Source: an uncultured bacterium
GTDB lineage: Bacteria; CAYJRR01
DNA length: 64,000 bases
Direction of reading: 5' to 3'
Assembly (NCBI GenBank): GCA_964372275.1
Contig: CAYJRR010000004.1
Location: 7,113-71,112, forward strand
Notes under the pieces: model-generated
What the model saw: only the letters and a program-made list of their open reading frames with translations
What the model was told of the DNA's origin: nothing
The model's database searches: none
Made by a program: the position numbers and the translations under genes
Shown: positions 61,390 through 64,000 of the stretch, piece by piece
Position numbering within the stretch: position 1 is the stretch's first letter
How the letters are laid out: every line of letters begins with the position of its first letter

Positions 61390-62535
61390 CTAGGTGGTGG
61401 ACACCGGCGAGACCGCCACCGCGCTCGGCGGTGCCCATGCGATCCCCGCCGCCGCGGCGCGGCGCGCCACCTCCTCGGCGAGCCGCTTGTGCGCGTCGCG
61501 TCCGACGATCCGCCGGGCCGCGGTCGGTGACGGGAGCGGACGGCCGGCGAGGAAGCGTCGCCGCGCCGCCGCGATCCGCCGCTCCGACGCGTCGATCCCC
61601 GGGAGGCGCCCGGCGAGCAGGCCGTCTGCGACGGCGTCGATCGCCTCGATCACGCGCTCGCGCGTCTTGCAAACGAGGAGGAGGTCGGCGCCGGCGGCGA
61701 GCGATCGGACGGCGGCCTCCCCGACGCCGTAGCCGTCGGCGACGGCGCGCATCTCGAGGTCGTCGCTCACCACCAACCCTTCGAAGCCGAGCTCCCCGCG
61801 GAGGAGATCGGTCAACGCCGCCCGGGAGAGCGTCGCCGGCACGCCAGGATCGAGCGCCTCGAAGACGACGTGCGCCGTCATGATCGAGCCGACCTTCGCG
61901 GCGATCGCCTTCCGGAACGGGACGAGCTCGACGGACTCGATGCGCGAACGGCCGTGGGCGAGGCGCGGCAACGCATGGTGGCTGTCGAGCGACGTGTCGC
62001 CGTGTCCCGGAAAGTGCTTGGCGCACGCCATCACCCCCGCGCGTTGCATCCCGCGGATCCACGCCACCGCGTGGCAGGCGACCGTGGTCGGATCGCCGGC
62101 GAAGGCGCGGATGCCGATCACCGGGTTGGCGGGGTTGGTGTCGACGTCGGCCAGCGGCGCGAAGTCGACGTTGAACCCGATCGCGCGCAGCTCGGCGGCG
62201 ATCACCGACGCCACCTTGCGGGTGAGCGCCGGATCGCCGATCCGTCCCAACACGCCGTGCGCCGGAAACTCGGTGAACGGCACGCGCAGCCGCTGGACCG
62301 GCCCCCCTTCCTGGTCGACCGAAAGAAAGAGCGGCCGCCCGGCCGTCCGCCGGATGTCGCGAAGGAGCGCCGCCACCTGCCACGGATCGACGACGTTTCG
62401 CTTGAAGAGGATCGTCCCCGCGATCCCCCGGCCGAGGAGGTCGCGCAGATCCCGGGTCATGCGGGTGCCGTCGAAGCCGGCGACGACGAACCCCGCGGCG
62501 CGCGCGATCGCCTCCCGCCGGGTCGTCGGTTTCAA
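61390..62535 (-). CDS. nagZ: beta-N-acetylhexosaminidase (GH3)
   Basis: ILFKRNV and KHFPGHGDTSLDSH are GH3 NagZ motifs. The proposed TTG start at 62535 overlaps the permease stop. The 238 upstream residues of the track ORF are Arg/Gly junk. Confidence 0.65.
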   Translation of the reverse strand: MKPTTRREAIARAAGFVVAGFDGTRMTRDLRDLLGRGIAGTILFKRNVVDPWQVAALLRDIRRTAGRPLFLSVDQEGGPVQRLRVPFTEFPAHGVLGRIGDPALTRKVASVIAAELRAIGFNVDFAPLADVDTNPANPVIGIRAFAGDPTTVACHAVAWIRGMQRAGVMACAKHFPGHGDTSLDSHHALPRLAHGRSRIESVELVPFRKAIAAKVGSIMTAHVVFEALDPGVPATLSRAALTDLLRGELGFEGLVVSDDLEMRAVADGYGVGEAAVRSLAAGADLLLVCKTRERVIEAIDAVADGLLAGRLPGIDASERRIAAARRRFLAGRPLPSPTAARRIVGRDAHKRLAEEVARRAAAAGIAWAPPSAVAVSPVSTT

Positions 62536-63353
62536 CGTCGATCGCGTAGCGCGTCCCCGAGAAGGTTGAAGGCGAGGATCGTAAGCAGGATGGCGAGCCC
62601 GGGAAAGACCGCGATGTGCGGGGCCACCAGCAGGCACTGGCGGCCGCTGGCGAGGAGCGCGCCCCACGACGGCGTCCCCGGTTCGACCCCGAGCCCGAGG
62701 AACGAGAGGGTCGCTTCGTCGCGGATCGCCGCCGCGATGCCGAAGGTCACCTCCACCAGCAGCGGGCCGGCGGCATTCGGCAGGAGATGGCGGAACAGGA
62801 TCCGCCCGTGACCGGCCCCGATCGCCACCGCCGACTCGACGAACGCCCGCTCCCGGAGCGCCAGCACCTGCCCGCGCGCGACCCGCGCGTAGCCGACCCA
62901 TCCGCGGAGCGACAACGCGATGACGACCCGCCACAGGCCGCCGTGCGGGACGACGGCGGTGAGCGCGATCGCCAGCAGGATCCCCGGAAAGGCCTGCAGG
63001 AAGTCGAGCATCGCCACGAGGACGGCGTCGGCCCGCCCGCGAAACCAGCCGCCCACCATCCCGGCCGACACCCCGACCGTCGCGGTGATCGCGACGACCA
63101 GCACGCCGACGGCGAGGCTGGTGCGCGCGCCGACCAGCACCACCGACAGCAGGTCCTCGCCGTCCGGCCCCTGCCCCAACCAATGGGCCGGCGAGGGGCC
63201 GCGGTAGGCGTGCAGCAGGTCGATCGCGAACGGGTCGAACGGCGCGAGCCACGGACCGACGAGCGCGATCCCCGCGAGGAGCGTCAGCAGGCCAAGCCCG
63301 GCGACGACGCGCGGATCGGGCCGCGGACGGGGGACGGCGGCCGCCTCCGTCAC
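62532..63353 (-). CDS. ABC transporter permease (DppC/OppC family)
   Basis: GTG at 63353 overlaps the upstream stop (GTGA). Five or six transmembrane helices, and the permease EAA-like loop ...AIGAGHGRILFRHLLPNA. Confidence 0.75.
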   Translation of the reverse strand: MTEAAAVPRPRPDPRVVAGLGLLTLLAGIALVGPWLAPFDPFAIDLLHAYRGPSPAHWLGQGPDGEDLLSVVLVGARTSLAVGVLVVAITATVGVSAGMVGGWFRGRADAVLVAMLDFLQAFPGILLAIALTAVVPHGGLWRVVIALSLRGWVGYARVARGQVLALRERAFVESAVAIGAGHGRILFRHLLPNAAGPLLVEVTFGIAAAIRDEATLSFLGLGVEPGTPSWGALLASGRQCLLVAPHIAVFPGLAILLTILAFNLLGDALRDRR

Positions 63354-64000
63354 CGGCGCACCCGCGGATCGAGCCAGGCGTAGGCCAGGTCGGTCAGGAG
63401 GTTCACCGCGACGTAGACGGCGGCGACGAGCAGCACCGCACCTTGGAACATCGGGAAGTCGCGCGCGCGAACGCTGCCCACGATCTCCCGGCCGAGTCCC
63501 GGCCACGCAAAGATCTCCTCCGTGACGAGCGATCCGGTGATCAGCGATCCGAGCTGCATCCCGGCGATCGTCACCACCGGCACCAGGGCGTTGCGCAGCG
63601 CGTGGCCGACGAGCACCCGCCACTCCGCGACGCCGCGCGCGCGCGCCGCGGTGACGAACTCCATCGGCAACACGTCGATCATCGATTCGCGGGTCATCCT
63701 CGCGAGAAGCGCGGCGAGCCCCACCCCCAGCGTGAGCGCCGGCAACACGACGCTCGCCGGTCCCCGGGCTCCGGCGACCGGCAGCCAGTGCAGGTGGAAG
63801 GCGAAGAGGAGGATCAGGAGCGGACCCAGCCAGAAGGTCGGCATCGAGACTCCGACCAGCGCCGCCGCCGTCGAGAAGCGGTCGACCAACCCGCGTCGGC
63901 GGACGGCCGACCAGACGCCGGCCGGGAGCGCGATCCCGACGGCGATCGCCATCGCCGCCGCCGCCAGGATCGCGGAGGAGGCGAGCCGGCGGAGCAACGT
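63350..64000 (-). CDS. ABC transporter permease (DppB/OppB family), 3' part; the gene continues beyond the window end
   Basis: The C-terminal permease sequence ends ...LAYAWLDPRVRR, and the frame is open to the window edge. Confidence 0.7.
   Translation of the reverse strand, partial: TLLRRLASSAILAAAAMAIAVGIALPAGVWSAVRRRGLVDRFSTAAALVGVSMPTFWLGPLLILLFAFHLHWLPVAGARGPASVVLPALTLGVGLAALLARMTRESMIDVLPMEFVTAARARGVAEWRVLVGHALRNALVPVVTIAGMQLGSLITGSLVTEEIFAWPGLGREIVGSVRARDFPMFQGAVLLVAAVYVAVNLLTDLAYAWLDPRVRR

Overview
The window is a very high-GC (about 70%) bacterial chromosomal segment with dense, mostly operon-organised coding on both strands. The composition and gene content suggest a Myxococcota/Deltaproteobacteria-like lineage, but that placement is only a guess. 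No rRNA, tRNA or CRISPR array was found. The six-frame track contains many long Arg/Gly/Pro-rich ORFs that are high-GC artefacts; genes were chosen by protein-like composition, recognisable family motifs, signal peptides, Shine-Dalgarno sites and ATGA/GTGA-type operon overlaps.

Main contents, in order:
- A divergent acyl-CoA synthetase / acyl-CoA dehydrogenase pair.
- A MoxR-type cluster: DUF4175-like protein, HExxH+TPR protein, MoxR ATPase, DUF58, BatA-like VWA protein, DUF4159, and a large VWA/GATase1-like membrane protein.
- A block of secreted lipoproteins carrying PPC- and PKD-like domains.
- L-erythro-3,5-diaminohexanoate dehydrogenase (kdd) followed by a GAF-GGDEF cyclase.
- A three-gene lipoprotein / TAT-DUF1501-like / lipoprotein operon.
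- A penicillin-acylase-family lipoprotein.
- A glycine-rich RRM protein.
- A low-GC patch carrying a vapBC toxin-antitoxin module with a repeat operator.
- The remaining lysine-fermentation genes kamA-kamD-(lipoprotein)-kamE-kal-kce.
- A peptidoglycan-recycling neighbourhood: anmK, amgK-murU-PLD on one strand, SIS-nagA-C26 peptidase on the other, and nagZ with dpp-type permeases.

The most unusual observations:
- An ArsM-like methyltransferase whose conserved arsenic-binding Cys codon is an in-frame TGA, followed 9 nt later by a SECIS-like hairpin and 56 further conserved in-frame codons. This is a candidate selenoprotein.
- Two copies of an AT-rich heptamer-repeat palindromic element (GAAAATG)n ... 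(CATTTTC)n sitting in intergenic spacers.
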